Shown in pieces: positions 1 through 11,408 of a stretch of DNA of 64,000 nucleotides (positions are counted from its first letter, which is position 1; each line of letters begins with the position of its first letter). Location of the stretch: the NCBI GenBank assembly GCA_044865945.1, contig JBIOTO010000119.1:1544-65543 (forward strand). The letters run 5' to 3'. The notes under the pieces were generated by a model that was not told the origin of the DNA, did no database searches, and saw nothing but the letters and a program-made list of their open reading frames with translations. Both the position numbers and the translations under genes were made by a program. Source of the DNA: Solirubrobacterales bacterium (GTDB lineage Bacteria; Actinomycetota; Thermoleophilia; Solirubrobacterales; 70-9).

Positions 1-130
1 GCTTCATCAGGATCGCCGCCGCCTCCGGGTGGCCGATCCAGATCGGCAGGAAGCGGTTCCCGTCCACGGTCTTCAGCAACACGATCGGCTGCTTGCCGAC
101 CATGTCGAAACTGACGCCGTAGATCTGCAT
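1..130 (-). CDS. bifunctional nuclease (BFN/DUF151) family protein, first 43 codons only; gene runs off the window start
   Basis: My own minus-strand translation from the ATG at 130 gives MQIYGVSFDMVGKQPIVLLKTVDGNRFLPIWIGHPEAAAILMK. The LPIWIG..EA.AI motif is typical of BFN-domain proteins. The fragment is too short to appear in the ORF track. Confidence 0.5.
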   Translation of the reverse strand, partial: MQIYGVSFDMVGKQPIVLLKTVDGNRFLPIWIGHPEAAAILMK

Positions 131-208
131 CTGCTGCAAAAGGAGCTCCCGACCGTGGTTGAAAGCCGAAGTATAGGTCGGGCTCTTACCCGCTCCGGAG
201 GAGATGTA

Positions 209-282
<74 letters not shown>

Positions 283-317
283 GGGGACGGCGATGATAGC
301 GACGGGACGGCGAGCGG

Positions 318-1226
318 TCAGCGGTCGCGTTTGCGGAGGCGCCGGGCGAGCGCGTGGGCCTCGCGGACGTCGTCGAAGCGGAGCTCGGCGACGATGCCGT
401 CGCCCTTGGCGCGGGCGGTCACCTCGTAGCCGAGCGCTTCCTCCAGCGCCTCGGCGGCGACGCGGAGGGCGGCCTGCGCGTCGGGATCGACCGGGGCGCG
501 CCTCGGCCTTGCTTTTGGCTGGCCAGCCAGCCGAACCCTCTCCTCGGTTTCGCGCACCGACCAGCCGCCGCGGGCGGCATCGCGGGCCAGCCGGCGGCGG
601 ACGTCGTTGCCGCGAGCCGCGAGCAGAGCCTTGCCGTGGCCCTCGCTGAGGTCGCCGGACTCGAGCAACCCAAGCGCCTCGTCGGGGAGCTCAAGCAACC
701 GGATCAGGTTGGAGACGGCGGGGCGGCTGCGGCCGACGCGCCTCGCCAGCTCCTCTTTGGTCAGGCCGAGCTCCTCGACCAGCGCGGCGCAGGCCTTCGC
801 CTCCTCGACCGGGTTGAGGTCCTCGCGGACCATGTTCTCGATCAGCGCCGCCTGCAGGCGCTCGGCTTCGGCCTGGTCGCGGATCACCGCCGGCACCTTC
901 TCCAGCCCGGCCTGCTGGGCGGCGCGCCAGCGGCGCTCACCGGCGACCAGCTCGTAACTGCCGTCGGGGAGGGGGCGAACCAGTAGCGGCTGGACGACGC
1001 CGCTGGCCTCGATCGAGGCGGCGAGGGCGGCCAGCGCTTCGGGCTCGAAGTTGGTGCGCGGCTGCGAGGGATTCGGCTTGATCAGCTCGACCGGCAGCTC
1101 CCGCAGCTCGCCGGCCGCGGTGGCCTCGGTTTCCGGCAGGATCGCCGCCAGGCCGCGGCCGATGCCGCGACGGTTGCTAGCCACGACTCGCCAGCTCCTT
1201 GGCGAGAGCGCGGTAGGCGACGGCAC
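318..1226 (-). CDS. parB: chromosome partitioning protein ParB
   Basis: ParB motifs are present: GLGRGL-like RGIGRGLAAIL, IKPNPSQPRTNF and LVAGERRWRAAQQAGL, plus an HTH region. The true start may be the GTG at 1184, which overlaps the parA stop by 8 nt, rather than 1226. Confidence 0.9.
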   Translation of the reverse strand: MPSPTALSPRSWRVVASNRRGIGRGLAAILPETEATAAGELRELPVELIKPNPSQPRTNFEPEALAALAASIEASGVVQPLLVRPLPDGSYELVAGERRWRAAQQAGLEKVPAVIRDQAEAERLQAALIENMVREDLNPVEEAKACAALVEELGLTKEELARRVGRSRPAVSNLIRLLELPDEALGLLESGDLSEGHGKALLAARGNDVRRRLARDAARGGWSVRETEERVRLAGQPKARPRRAPVDPDAQAALRVAAEALEEALGYEVTARAKGDGIVAELRFDDVREAHALARRLRKRDR

Positions 1227-1935
1227 CGTGGGACGAGGGCGCGTGCTCGGTCACGGGCAGACCATAACTCGGCGACTCGGCGACTCGAACGCTGCGCGGG
1301 ATCACGGTCTCGAAGACCATCCCGTCGAAGTGGTCGCGCAGCTCGGCCTCGACGTCCTGGGCGAGCCGGGTGCGCTCGTCGTACATCGTGATCAGCAAAC
1401 CCGAAACCTCAAGCTGAGGGTTCAGCTCACGCCTGATCAGCCCCAGCGTTTCCAGAAACTGGACCAGACCCTCGAGCGCGAGGTACTCGGCCTGCACCGG
1501 GACGATCACGCGGTCGGCGGCGACCAGGGCGTTGACGCTGACCGGTCCGAGCGCGGGCGGGCAGTCGAGCAGGGCGACGGCGAAGCGCTCGCGAACCGGC
1601 CCCAGACGCTCGCGCAGGCGCGTCTCCGAACCCTGGATCCGCGGCAGCTCGACCGCGGCGCCGGCGAGGTCGCGGCTGGCGGGCACGAGCCAGAGGTTGT
1701 CCGGGCCGGCGGGGCGGGCAGCCTCGGCGACCGAAGTATCGCCGGTGAGGCAGTCGTAGGAGGAGGGGTGCAGGTCGCGGCCGCCACCCAGCGCCACGGT
1801 AGCGTTGCACTGGGGATCGAGGTCGACAAGCAGCGTCTGGTTCCCCTCCGCCGCGGCGCAGGAAGCGAGGTTGACGGCGGTCGTCGTCTTCCCAACACCG
1901 CCCTTCTGGTTCGCCACGGCATAGACCTTGCCCAT
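1177..1935 (-). CDS. parA: ParA/Soj chromosome partitioning ATPase
   Basis: It has the deviant Walker A NQKGGVGKTTTAVNLA and full-length ParA similarity, and sits directly upstream of parB. Confidence 0.92.
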   Translation of the reverse strand: MGKVYAVANQKGGVGKTTTAVNLASCAAAEGNQTLLVDLDPQCNATVALGGGRDLHPSSYDCLTGDTSVAEAARPAGPDNLWLVPASRDLAGAAVELPRIQGSETRLRERLGPVRERFAVALLDCPPALGPVSVNALVAADRVIVPVQAEYLALEGLVQFLETLGLIRRELNPQLEVSGLLITMYDERTRLAQDVEAELRDHFDGMVFETVIPRSVRVAESPSYGLPVTEHAPSSHGAVAYRALAKELASRG

Positions 1936-1970
1936 CAGGAGCCCAGCCTAGAGACTGGTCCTCCCGGTGC

Positions 1971-2495
1971 GTGTTGCGGCGCGTTTTCAAGCGGTCGGAT
2001 AGCCTCTCGCCCGTGTCCGAGAGCTACGAATGGCCCGACGATCCCGCCGAGCGCGCCCAGGAGCTGGTCGAGGGCGTTCTCGACGAGCTCGATCTCGACG
2101 GCGAGGTCGTCATCGATGAGGACGACGAGCGGATTCTGCTGACGATCGAGGGGGAGGACGACTTCGGCCTCCTGATCGGCAAACGCGGGCAGACGATCGA
2201 CGCTCTGCAGCTGCTCTGCTACCAGGCCGCCTTCCGCGGCCTGCGCGAGCGCAAGCGGGTGATCGTCGACGCCGCCGGCTACCGGGCCCGGCGCCGCGAG
2301 ACCCTTGAGGGGCGCGCCGACCGCGCCGCCGAGCAGGCTCTGGCCAACAAGAGCGTGGTTGAGATGGACCCGATGAGCGCCCAGGAAAGGCGCGTGGTCC
2401 ACGAACGGCTGAAAGAGCGCTCGGGCATCGAGACCTACAGCGAGGGCGACGAGCCCAATCGCTGCGTGATCGTCGCGCCGCTGCTGCCGGAGTGA
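1971..2495 (+). CDS. jag: Jag/KhpB-like KH-R3H RNA-binding protein
   Basis: It has a KH-like segment LLIGKRGQTIDALQLL and an R3H segment ERRVVHERLKE...TYSEGDEPNRCVIV. It sits next to rsmG as in the canonical operon. The start is uncertain (GTG 1971 or GTG 2013). Confidence 0.78.
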   Translation: MLRRVFKRSDSLSPVSESYEWPDDPAERAQELVEGVLDELDLDGEVVIDEDDERILLTIEGEDDFGLLIGKRGQTIDALQLLCYQAAFRGLRERKRVIVDAAGYRARRRETLEGRADRAAEQALANKSVVEMDPMSAQERRVVHERLKERSGIETYSEGDEPNRCVIVAPLLPE

Positions 2496-3172
2496 CCGCC
2501 GATCCGGCTTCGAGCCTGGACGGCGCCGCGCGCGCAAGGCTGGAGACGGTCCTCGCGCTTTTAGCCGAGGAGAGAGCCTCGGTCAGCTCGGTGGTCGACG
2601 AGCGCGCCTGGCAGGTCCACGTCGCCGACAGCCTCACGGGCTTGGAGATTCCCGACCTGCGAGCGGCGGGGCGGATCGCCGACGTTGGCGCCGGTGCCGG
2701 CTTCCCGGGGCTGGTCCTGGCCGTCGCTCTGCCCGGTGCTCAGGTCGACTTGGTCGAGTCGGTCGGCCGCAAGTGCGAGTTCATGCGCGGGGCGATCGCC
2801 GCGGCCCAGATCCCTAACGCCACGGTCCTCAACACCCGTTCCGAGGACCTGGCGACCAGCGAAGGTCGCGAGGCCTACGACGCCGTCACCGCCCGGGCCG
2901 TGGGGCGCCTCTCGACCCTAGCCGAGCTCGCATCCCCACTTCTGAAGCCAAATGGCGTCCTAATCGCCTGGAAGGGCAGGCGCGACGAGGACGAGGAGCG
3001 CCAGCTAGATAACGCGGCCGAATCCCTGGCCATGCGCCCCGAGCAGATCCTCGACGTAGGCAACCGAGCCGGCTCCGAGCACCGTCACCTCCACGTAATC
3101 CGCAAGAGCGGCCCAACCCCCGACAACCTCCCCCGCAACCCCGGCATAGCCAAGAAGCGCCCCAAGGGCTGA
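2492..3172 (+). CDS. rsmG: 16S rRNA (guanine527-N7)-methyltransferase RsmG/GidB
   Basis: It carries the SAM motif DVGAGAGFPGLVLAV and has typical RsmG length. Its GTG start overlaps the jag stop (GTGA). Confidence 0.9.
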   Translation: MTADPASSLDGAARARLETVLALLAEERASVSSVVDERAWQVHVADSLTGLEIPDLRAAGRIADVGAGAGFPGLVLAVALPGAQVDLVESVGRKCEFMRGAIAAAQIPNATVLNTRSEDLATSEGREAYDAVTARAVGRLSTLAELASPLLKPNGVLIAWKGRRDEDEERQLDNAAESLAMRPEQILDVGNRAGSEHRHLHVIRKSGPTPDNLPRNPGIAKKRPKG

Positions 3173-3181
3173 GACAGCGGG

Positions 3182-3949
3182 TTAGCGTCGCCGCTTCTTC
3201 TTGCGCGGCGGAGGAGGCGGTGGTTTGGACGCCTGCACCGCGGCGGCCCCCTCGGGCGTCGCCGTGACCGGCGGCGGCACGATCCGCTGGATCGCCAGCT
3301 GCTGGCCGATGGTCCAGATGTTGGTGGTGATCCAATAGAGGATCAGGCCGGCTGGGAAGCTGAGGATGAAGGGGACGAAGACGAAGGGGAGCAGCATCAT
3401 CAGGTTCCGCTGGCTTTTGTCAGCGGTGATCATCATCACCATGCTGGAGACCAGCTGGGTGCCCACGTAGAGGACGAGCAGGGTGATCAATTCGCCCCCG
3501 GTCGCCTTCGCGGTGAGGTCGTTGATGAAGAAGAATTCGGCTCCGTAGGCCGCGCAATGTCCTGCCTCGGGGCACCCCATGTCCGGCGGCAGCTCGTGTT
3601 TGAGCACGAAGAAGAGGGTGATGAAGACCGGCAGCTGCGCGAGGAGAGGCAGGCAGGAAGCCAACGGGTTGACTTTGTTCTCTTTGTAGAAGCGCATCAT
3701 TTCCTGCTGCAGGCGCTGTTTGTCGTTCTTGTATTTCTCCTGCAGCTCCTTCATCTGCGGCTGCAGGGCCTGCAGGGCGCGCATCCCTTTCAGCTGTTTG
3801 TAGGTGAGGGGCAGGAGGACGGCGCGGGTGCAGACCGTCAGCGCGATGATCGACATGCCCCAGCTGAGGCCGGCGCTGTCGTGGAAGAACTTCAGCACCG
3901 CGTTGGCGATGTCGATCAGCGGCTGGAGGATGTTGGCGGTGAGAAGCAT
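3182..3949 (-). CDS. yidC: membrane protein insertase YidC (short form)
   Basis: It contains LLPLTYKQLKGMRALQALQPQMKELQEKYKNDKQRLQQEMMRFYKENKVNPLASCLP and a basic C-terminal tail. I prefer the ATG at 3949; the ORF track's alternative is the GTG at 3970. Confidence 0.88.
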   Translation of the reverse strand: MLLTANILQPLIDIANAVLKFFHDSAGLSWGMSIIALTVCTRAVLLPLTYKQLKGMRALQALQPQMKELQEKYKNDKQRLQQEMMRFYKENKVNPLASCLPLLAQLPVFITLFFVLKHELPPDMGCPEAGHCAAYGAEFFFINDLTAKATGGELITLLVLYVGTQLVSSMVMMITADKSQRNLMMLLPFVFVPFILSFPAGLILYWITTNIWTIGQQLAIQRIVPPPVTATPEGAAAVQASKPPPPPPRKKKRRR

Positions 3950-3951
3950 CT

Positions 3952-4218
3952 TCAGTGGGTCTTGTGCCACTCGGCGGGGTGGACCGGGCCGGTGCGGAGC
4001 GTGAATCTATCGGGGATGGGGTCGAAGCCGCCGTGACTGAAGGGGTTGCAGCGCAGAATCCTCCAAGAGCCGAGGAGAAAACCGCGGATCACGCCGAAGC
4101 GTTCGACCGCTTCCACCGTGTAAGCGGAGCAGGTCGGCTCGTAGCGGCAGCGGCGGGGAAGGCGGGGTGAGATCCACCGCTGGTAGCCCCGGACCGGGGC
4201 CAAGAGGACGCGTTTCAC
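3952..4218 (-). CDS. yidD: membrane protein insertion efficiency factor YidD
   Basis: YQRWISP...[19 protein letters not shown]...[15 protein letters not shown] is the YidD signature. Its GTG start overlaps the rnpA stop. Confidence 0.9.
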   Translation of the reverse strand: MKRVLLAPVRGYQRWISPRLPRRCRYEPTCSAYTVEAVERFGVIRGFLLGSWRILRCNPFSHGGFDPIPDRFTLRTGPVHPAEWHKTH

Positions 4219-4225
4219 GTGGAAC
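4212..4225. promoter_or_regulatory. parS-like site (GTTTCACGTGGAAC; 13 of 14 matches to GTTTCACGTGAAAC)
   Basis: This was hand-matched to the Firmicutes/Actinobacteria parS consensus. It lies at the rnpA/yidD junction about 0.6 kb from dnaA. It is the only such match I noticed. Confidence 0.4.
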
Positions 4226-4571
4226 GGCCCCCCGCCAGCGCCTCTTCCAGGTTGGCCGCCACGCCCGCCATCCCCTTCTGCTCGATCAGGTCCTTGATCT
4301 CAGCGCGGGCGACGATCACGAAGTCGTGACGGGGGGGCAGATCGTCGGCGATGCTCCAGAAGGCCTCGCGCAGGGTCCGCTTCACCCTGTTGCGCTCGAC
4401 GGCGCCGCCGACCTTGCGGCTGACCGAGACGCCGAGCCGAACTTCCTCGCGCTCCTCGTCCTTGCGGGGGAACTGGTAGAGCACCAGGTACCGCGTCGCG
4501 TGTGAGGAGCCGTCGCGATACACGCGGTCGAACTCGCCGCTGCGAGAAAGGCGCCGTCGCTTGGGCGCCAT
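4215..4571 (-). CDS. rnpA: ribonuclease P protein component
   Basis: It is a basic protein of about 118 aa with [24 protein letters not shown], located between rpmH and yidD. Confidence 0.85.
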   Translation of the reverse strand: MAPKRRRLSRSGEFDRVYRDGSSHATRYLVLYQFPRKDEEREEVRLGVSVSRKVGGAVERNRVKRTLREAFWSIADDLPPRHDFVIVARAEIKDLIEQKGMAGVAANLEEALAGGRST

Positions 4572-4575
4572 CAGG

Positions 4576-4710
4576 TCACGGAGTGAGGCGCTTGCGGCCT
4601 TTACGGCGGCGGCGCTTGAGGATCGCGCGCCCGCCCCGGGTGCTCATCCGGGCGCGGAAACCGTGAGTCTTGGCCCGCTTCCGCTTCTTTGGCTGGTAGG
4701 TGCGCTTCAT
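4576..4710 (-). CDS. rpmH: 50S ribosomal protein L34
   Basis: The sequence is [44 protein letters not shown]. The longer ORF running to 4896 is an upstream read-through extension. Confidence 0.93.
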   Translation of the reverse strand: MKRTYQPKKRKRAKTHGFRARMSTRGGRAILKRRRRKGRKRLTP

Positions 4711-4795
4711 TGCCGGCGGAAGTATAGGGACGAGCCCGAAAATCTTTTCTGCGGCATTTGCGAGGCGGTCAGACGAGGTGCTCAGGCACGGCGCT

Positions 4796-6127
4796 ATGGT
4801 CGCGCGGCCGGTGCCCGACGACTCCCCTCCACACGACCTCGACGCCCTCTGGCGGGCGACCCGCGAGCGCCTGAAGTCGTCGGTACCGGAGTCCACCTAC
4901 CGGCTCTGGCTCGAGCCAATCGAAGTCGTCGGCATCGAGGACGACACCCTTTTCCTGACCGCGCCGGAGAGCGTCCGAGCCTGGAGCGAGCGGCGCTACT
5001 CCCTGCTGATCGCCGAAGCGCTGGGCGAGATCGAGGTCGGCCTGGAGCGGGTCAGCTTCTCGGAGCTGGCACCTGTCGGTGGTGGCGCCAGCGACGTCGA
5101 ACTGAACCCCAGCTACACCTTCGAGCGCTTCGTGATCGGCCCCGGCAACCGGCTCGCCCACGGCGCCGCCCTGGCGGTCGCCGAGGCTCCCTCCGAGGCC
5201 TATAACCCCCTCTTCCTCCACGGACCCCCGGGCTTGGGCAAGACCCATCTGCTGGCGGCGATCGCCAACTATCTGCGCGAGAACGCTCCCGGGCTCAGCG
5301 TCCGCTACACCACCGCGGAGTCGTTCACCAACGAGTTCGTCGCCGCGCTCAAATCCTCCGGCGCCGAGGCCTTCAAGGCCCGCTACCGGGACATCGACGT
5401 CCTCCTCATCGACGATGTCCAGTTCCTCCAGGGCAAGCCGGCAACCGAGGAGGAGTTCTTCCATACCTTCAACGCGCTGCACGAGTCCGGCAGCCAGCTG
5501 GTGCTCTCAGCGGACCGCATCCCCAGCGAGCTCTCGACGCTCGCTTCGCGCCTGCGCGATCGCTTCGAGTGGGGCCTGACCGTCGCGGTCGAGCCGCCGA
5601 ACCTGGCCACCCGCCTCACCGTCCTGCGCCACCTGGTCTCCGAGGCCGGGGTCGAGATCGCCGACTCGGACGCGCTCACCGAGCTCGCCAACCGGATCGA
5701 CGCCAACGTGCGCCAGCTGCGCGGAGCCCTGACCCGGGTCCTCGCCCACGCCTCGCTGATGGCCAAGCCGCTCAGCTCGGAGCTGATCGCCGAAGTCGTC
5801 CCCCGGTACCGGCCCAACCAACCGACCTCGGTCGAGGAGATCCAGCAGCGGGTGGCCGAAGGCTTCGGCGTCTCCCGCGCCGAGCTCGTCGGCTCCAGTC
5901 GCGCCGCGACCCCGCTGCGAGCTCGCCAGGTGGCGATCTTCCTCACCCGCGACCTCACCGACCTCTCGCTGCCGCAGATCGGTCGCCTCTACGGCGGTCG
6001 CGACCACAGCACCGTGCTCAACTCCCTGCGGCGGGTCGAAGCCAGCCTCGACGAGGACGGCGATCTGGCCGAGAAGGTGCGGGAGTTGCGCGGAGCTATC
6101 CACAACCCTGTGGGCGAGGAGCGCTGA
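4796..6127 (+). CDS. dnaA: chromosomal replication initiator DnaA
   Basis: It has the Walker [11 protein letters not shown], the AAA+ core and the C-terminal DNA-binding domain (...[32 protein letters not shown]). I chose the ATG at 4796 because the track start at 4700 would overlap rpmH. Confidence 0.93.
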   Translation: MVARPVPDDSPPHDLDALWRATRERLKSSVPESTYRLWLEPIEVVGIEDDTLFLTAPESVRAWSERRYSLLIAEALGEIEVGLERVSFSELAPVGGGASDVELNPSYTFERFVIGPGNRLAHGAALAVAEAPSEAYNPLFLHGPPGLGKTHLLAAIANYLRENAPGLSVRYTTAESFTNEFVAALKSSGAEAFKARYRDIDVLLIDDVQFLQGKPATEEEFFHTFNALHESGSQLVLSADRIPSELSTLASRLRDRFEWGLTVAVEPPNLATRLTVLRHLVSEAGVEIADSDALTELANRIDANVRQLRGALTRVLAHASLMAKPLSSELIAEVVPRYRPNQPTSVEEIQQRVAEGFGVSRAELVGSSRAATPLRARQVAIFLTRDLTDLSLPQIGRLYGGRDHSTVLNSLRRVEASLDEDGDLAEKVRELRGAIHNPVGEER

Positions 6128-6167
6128 CACCCGCCGGCGCTGTAAGAATCCCCAGCCTCCCACAGCC

Positions 6168-6176
6168 TTATCCACA
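6168..6176 (+). promoter_or_regulatory. DnaA box TTATCCACA (perfect E. coli-type consensus)
   Basis: Read directly in the dnaA-dnaN intergenic region. Confidence 0.55.
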
Positions 6177-6221
6177 CCCCGCAAATCCCAGTGGCACGCC
6201 GAATTCCCCGCGACCAGAACT

Positions 6222-6230
6222 TTTTCCACA
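6222..6230 (+). promoter_or_regulatory. DnaA-box-like TTTTCCACA (one mismatch)
   Basis: Read directly. It is followed by a relatively AT-rich stretch (6231-6265) that could serve as an unwinding element. Confidence 0.4.
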
Positions 6231-6275
6231 ACTCCTAACTCAACTCAAGAAGGCAAGAATCCGAGGCAGACTGAC

Positions 6276-7385
6276 TTGAAGCTCACGACCAAACGCGAAG
6301 ATCTCGTCTCCAAGCTCTCGATCGTCTCCAGGGCTGTTTCCACCCGTGCCGCCACCCAGGCGCTCTCCGGCGTCCTCCTCAATGCCGAGGACGGCCGCGT
6401 CACCCTCGCCGCCACCGACCTCGACCTCGGCCTGGAGACCACCCTCGAGGCCAGTGTCGAGAGCGCCGGCTCGGTTCTCCTGCCCGGCCGGCTGTTCGCC
6501 GAGGTGGCCCGCTCCCTGCCCGACCCGAGCGTGGAGATCGAGCTGCGCGCGGCCGAGCAGGACGTCGAGATTCGCAGCGGCGGCTCCAGCTTCCACCTGC
6601 GGGTGCTGCCGGTCGAGGACTTCCCCAAACTGCCCCAGCCCGATGCCGAGCCCGGCCTGAGGATTCCGGCCGCGGCCCTGGAAGAGAGCATCGACCTCGT
6701 TGCCCGCGCCGCCTCGCGTGACGACATGCGCCCGGTGCTGACCGGCGTCTTCGTCACCGCCACCGGCCGCGAGATGACGATGGTCGCCACCGACTCCTAC
6801 CGTCTGGCGGTGAAGCGCACCGAGCTGGAGGCCGAGCTCGGCGGTGAGCTGGAGGCCAACATCCCGGCCCGGGCTCTGCGGGAGCTGGCGCGCATCCTCT
6901 CCTCCGAGGGCGCGGGCGAGGCGACGATCTCGCTGCTCGCCAACCAGGCGGTTTTCGTCGCAGGGTCGATCCTCCTGTCTACGCGGCTGATCGACGGGCA
7001 GTTCCCCAACTTTCGACAGCTCCTGCCGGAGTCCTTCGAGCACGACGTGCGGCTGCCGCGATCGGACTTCCTCGACGTCACCCGCCGCGTCAGCCAACTG
7101 GCCCAGCGCAACGCGCCGCTGCGGCTCTCCTTCGAGTCCGGCGAGCTGACCGTGGCGGCGGAGACGCCCGACGTGGGAGACGCCCGCGAGACGATGCCCG
7201 CCGCCTTCGAGGGGGAGCCGTTGGAGATCGGCTTCAACCCCGAGTTCCTCAAAGAGGGAATCGAAAGCGTCGGCGGCGACGAGGTGATGCTGCGGTTGAT
7301 CTCGCCCCTGCGGCCGGGGCTGCTGGAGCCGATCGAGGGCGACGACTTCCGCTACCTGGTGATGCCAATCCGCCTCAACGTGTAG
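6276..7385 (+). CDS. dnaN: DNA polymerase III beta sliding clamp
   Basis: Full-length DnaN similarity (three-domain clamp, C-terminal MPIRL), in the canonical position after dnaA. The start is TTG. Confidence 0.93.
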   Translation: MKLTTKREDLVSKLSIVSRAVSTRAATQALSGVLLNAEDGRVTLAATDLDLGLETTLEASVESAGSVLLPGRLFAEVARSLPDPSVEIELRAAEQDVEIRSGGSSFHLRVLPVEDFPKLPQPDAEPGLRIPAAALEESIDLVARAASRDDMRPVLTGVFVTATGREMTMVATDSYRLAVKRTELEAELGGELEANIPARALRELARILSSEGAGEATISLLANQAVFVAGSILLSTRLIDGQFPNFRQLLPESFEHDVRLPRSDFLDVTRRVSQLAQRNAPLRLSFESGELTVAAETPDVGDARETMPAAFEGEPLEIGFNPEFLKEGIESVGGDEVMLRLISPLRPGLLEPIEGDDFRYLVMPIRLNV

Positions 7386-7415
7386 CCGTGGCGGCGCCGG
7401 GCAGGTGAGGGCGCC

Positions 7416-8504
7416 GTGCTCGTCACTGCGATCGAGGCAAAGCCGCTGCGTAGCCTCGACCGGGTCCGGGTCGAGCTGGCGCCGGGGATCGTCAGCGTCA
7501 TCGGCCCCAACGGCACCGGCAAGACGAACCTGGTCGAGGCGCTCTACTTCGCCCTCACCGGTCGCTCCTTCCGCACTTCCGACCGCCGCGACCTGATCCC
7601 CTTCGGCGGCTCGCTGGCCCGTGCCGAGGCGACTATCCGCGACGCGGACGGGATCGAACACAGGCTGCTGGCCTCGGTCAGCCGCGGCGAAGGACGCCGG
7701 CACCTGCTCGACGGCGAAGCCGCGTCCCTCGCGACGATCGCGCGCAACCGGCCGCCGGTGGCGGTCTTCTCCCCCGACCGCCTGACCCTGGTCAAGGGGC
7801 CGCCGGCCGAGCGCCGCGCTCACCTTGACGGCTTCATCGCCGCCCGCTGGCCGGCGCGGACGGAGCTGCGCAAGCGCTACGGCCAAGCGATCGCCCAGCG
7901 CAACGCGCTGCTCTCGCGGCTGAGCGCGGGGTACGGGTCGCCGGAGGACCTGCGGATCTGGGACGCCGGGCTCGCCGAGGCGGCGGCACCCCTGGTCGAA
8001 GCGCGGACCGAGGCGGTCGCCGAGCTCTCCGGCCCCTTTACCGCGACCGCGACCGAACTGGGGCTGGAGGACGGGAAGCTCGAATACGCGCCGCGGGCCG
8101 CGGGCACCGCGGAGGAGATCCGGGCCGGGCTGGAGGAGCGGCGCGATCAGGACATCCGCCTCGGCCGCAGCTCCTGGGGCCCCCACCTCGACGAGCTGAA
8201 ACTGCTGACCGCGGGTCGCTCGCTGCGGCGGTTCGGGTCACAGGGACAGCAGCGCGCGTCACTGCTGGCTCTTCTCTTCGCCGAGCGCGCCGCGCTGCTC
8301 GAGGCGCGGCGGGTGACCCCGCTGCTATTGCTCGACGACGTGATGAGCGAGCTCGACCCCAGCCGGCGCGAGCGTCTGGTCGCCCGCCTCGGCGACGGCG
8401 GCCAGGTGCTGATCACCGCCGCCGACGAGGAGTCGGTTCCGGAGCCGGCCCGGCGGTCGGTCGTGCCGATGCCACCGCCGCAGACAGAAAGTGCCGCCGC
8501 GTGA
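7416..8504 (+). CDS. recF: DNA replication/repair protein RecF
   Basis: It has the Walker A GPNGTGKTNLVEALYF, the signature SQGQQR and the Walker B LLLLDDV. Confidence 0.92.
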   Translation: MLVTAIEAKPLRSLDRVRVELAPGIVSVIGPNGTGKTNLVEALYFALTGRSFRTSDRRDLIPFGGSLARAEATIRDADGIEHRLLASVSRGEGRRHLLDGEAASLATIARNRPPVAVFSPDRLTLVKGPPAERRAHLDGFIAARWPARTELRKRYGQAIAQRNALLSRLSAGYGSPEDLRIWDAGLAEAAAPLVEARTEAVAELSGPFTATATELGLEDGKLEYAPRAAGTAEEIRAGLEERRDQDIRLGRSSWGPHLDELKLLTAGRSLRRFGSQGQQRASLLALLFAERAALLEARRVTPLLLLDDVMSELDPSRRERLVARLGDGGQVLITAADEESVPEPARRSVVPMPPPQTESAAA

Positions 8505-8806
8505 GCCGCCGCCGGGCGCCCCGCCCCGCCGCCAACGCGTTCCAGGCCGCGCTGCGAAAAGCGGCCCCGCGGACGCCGCTCGCCGCGGTCCAGACGGCCT
8601 GGTCGGCGGCGGTCGGCGAGCGTCTGGCAGCGGTAGCTCAACCGTCCGCGGAGCGCGCTGGAACGCTCACCATCGAGTGCGCCGACGCGGTCTGGGCGCA
8701 GGAGCTGGACCTGATGCAGGAGTCCCTGCTCGACCGCTTGCGGGAGGAGCTGGGAGACCGGGCTCCCGAAGCTTTGCGATTCCGCGTCAACTCAGAGCGT
8801 TTCTAG
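8501..8806 (+). CDS. dciA: DUF721 domain protein (DciA-type, Rv0004-like position between recF and gyrB)
   Basis: It is a small basic protein with a typical DUF721 core (LAAVAQPSAERAGTLTIECADAVWAQELDLMQESLLDRL). Its GTG start overlaps the recF stop. Confidence 0.65.
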   Translation: MSRRRAPRPAANAFQAALRKAAPRTPLAAVQTAWSAAVGERLAAVAQPSAERAGTLTIECADAVWAQELDLMQESLLDRLREELGDRAPEALRFRVNSERF

Positions 8807-8957
8807 TCACACTTTTTCCACGATTTGCAGGGAAAACTTCTTCTCGCGACGGCGAGTCCACGGGGCCGAACTGGTATTCTTATGGCAACTCGCATTTAGC
8901 CCCGACCAACCGTGGAGCGAGTCTCCGGGCGTCGGGGTTTTCTGTGTCTCTGTGTAA

Positions 8958-11378
<2,421 letters not shown>

Positions 11379-11408
11379 TCGGGACCGACGCGACGAGGTC
11401 GGCAGCTG

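Noticed and set aside
4700-4896. Longer versions of dnaA (start 4700) and rpmH (start 4896) given by the ORF track
   Set aside because: The two extensions overlap each other on opposite strands and add non-conserved residues. L34 begins at the universal MKRTYQP (4710). DnaA fits the ATG at 4796.
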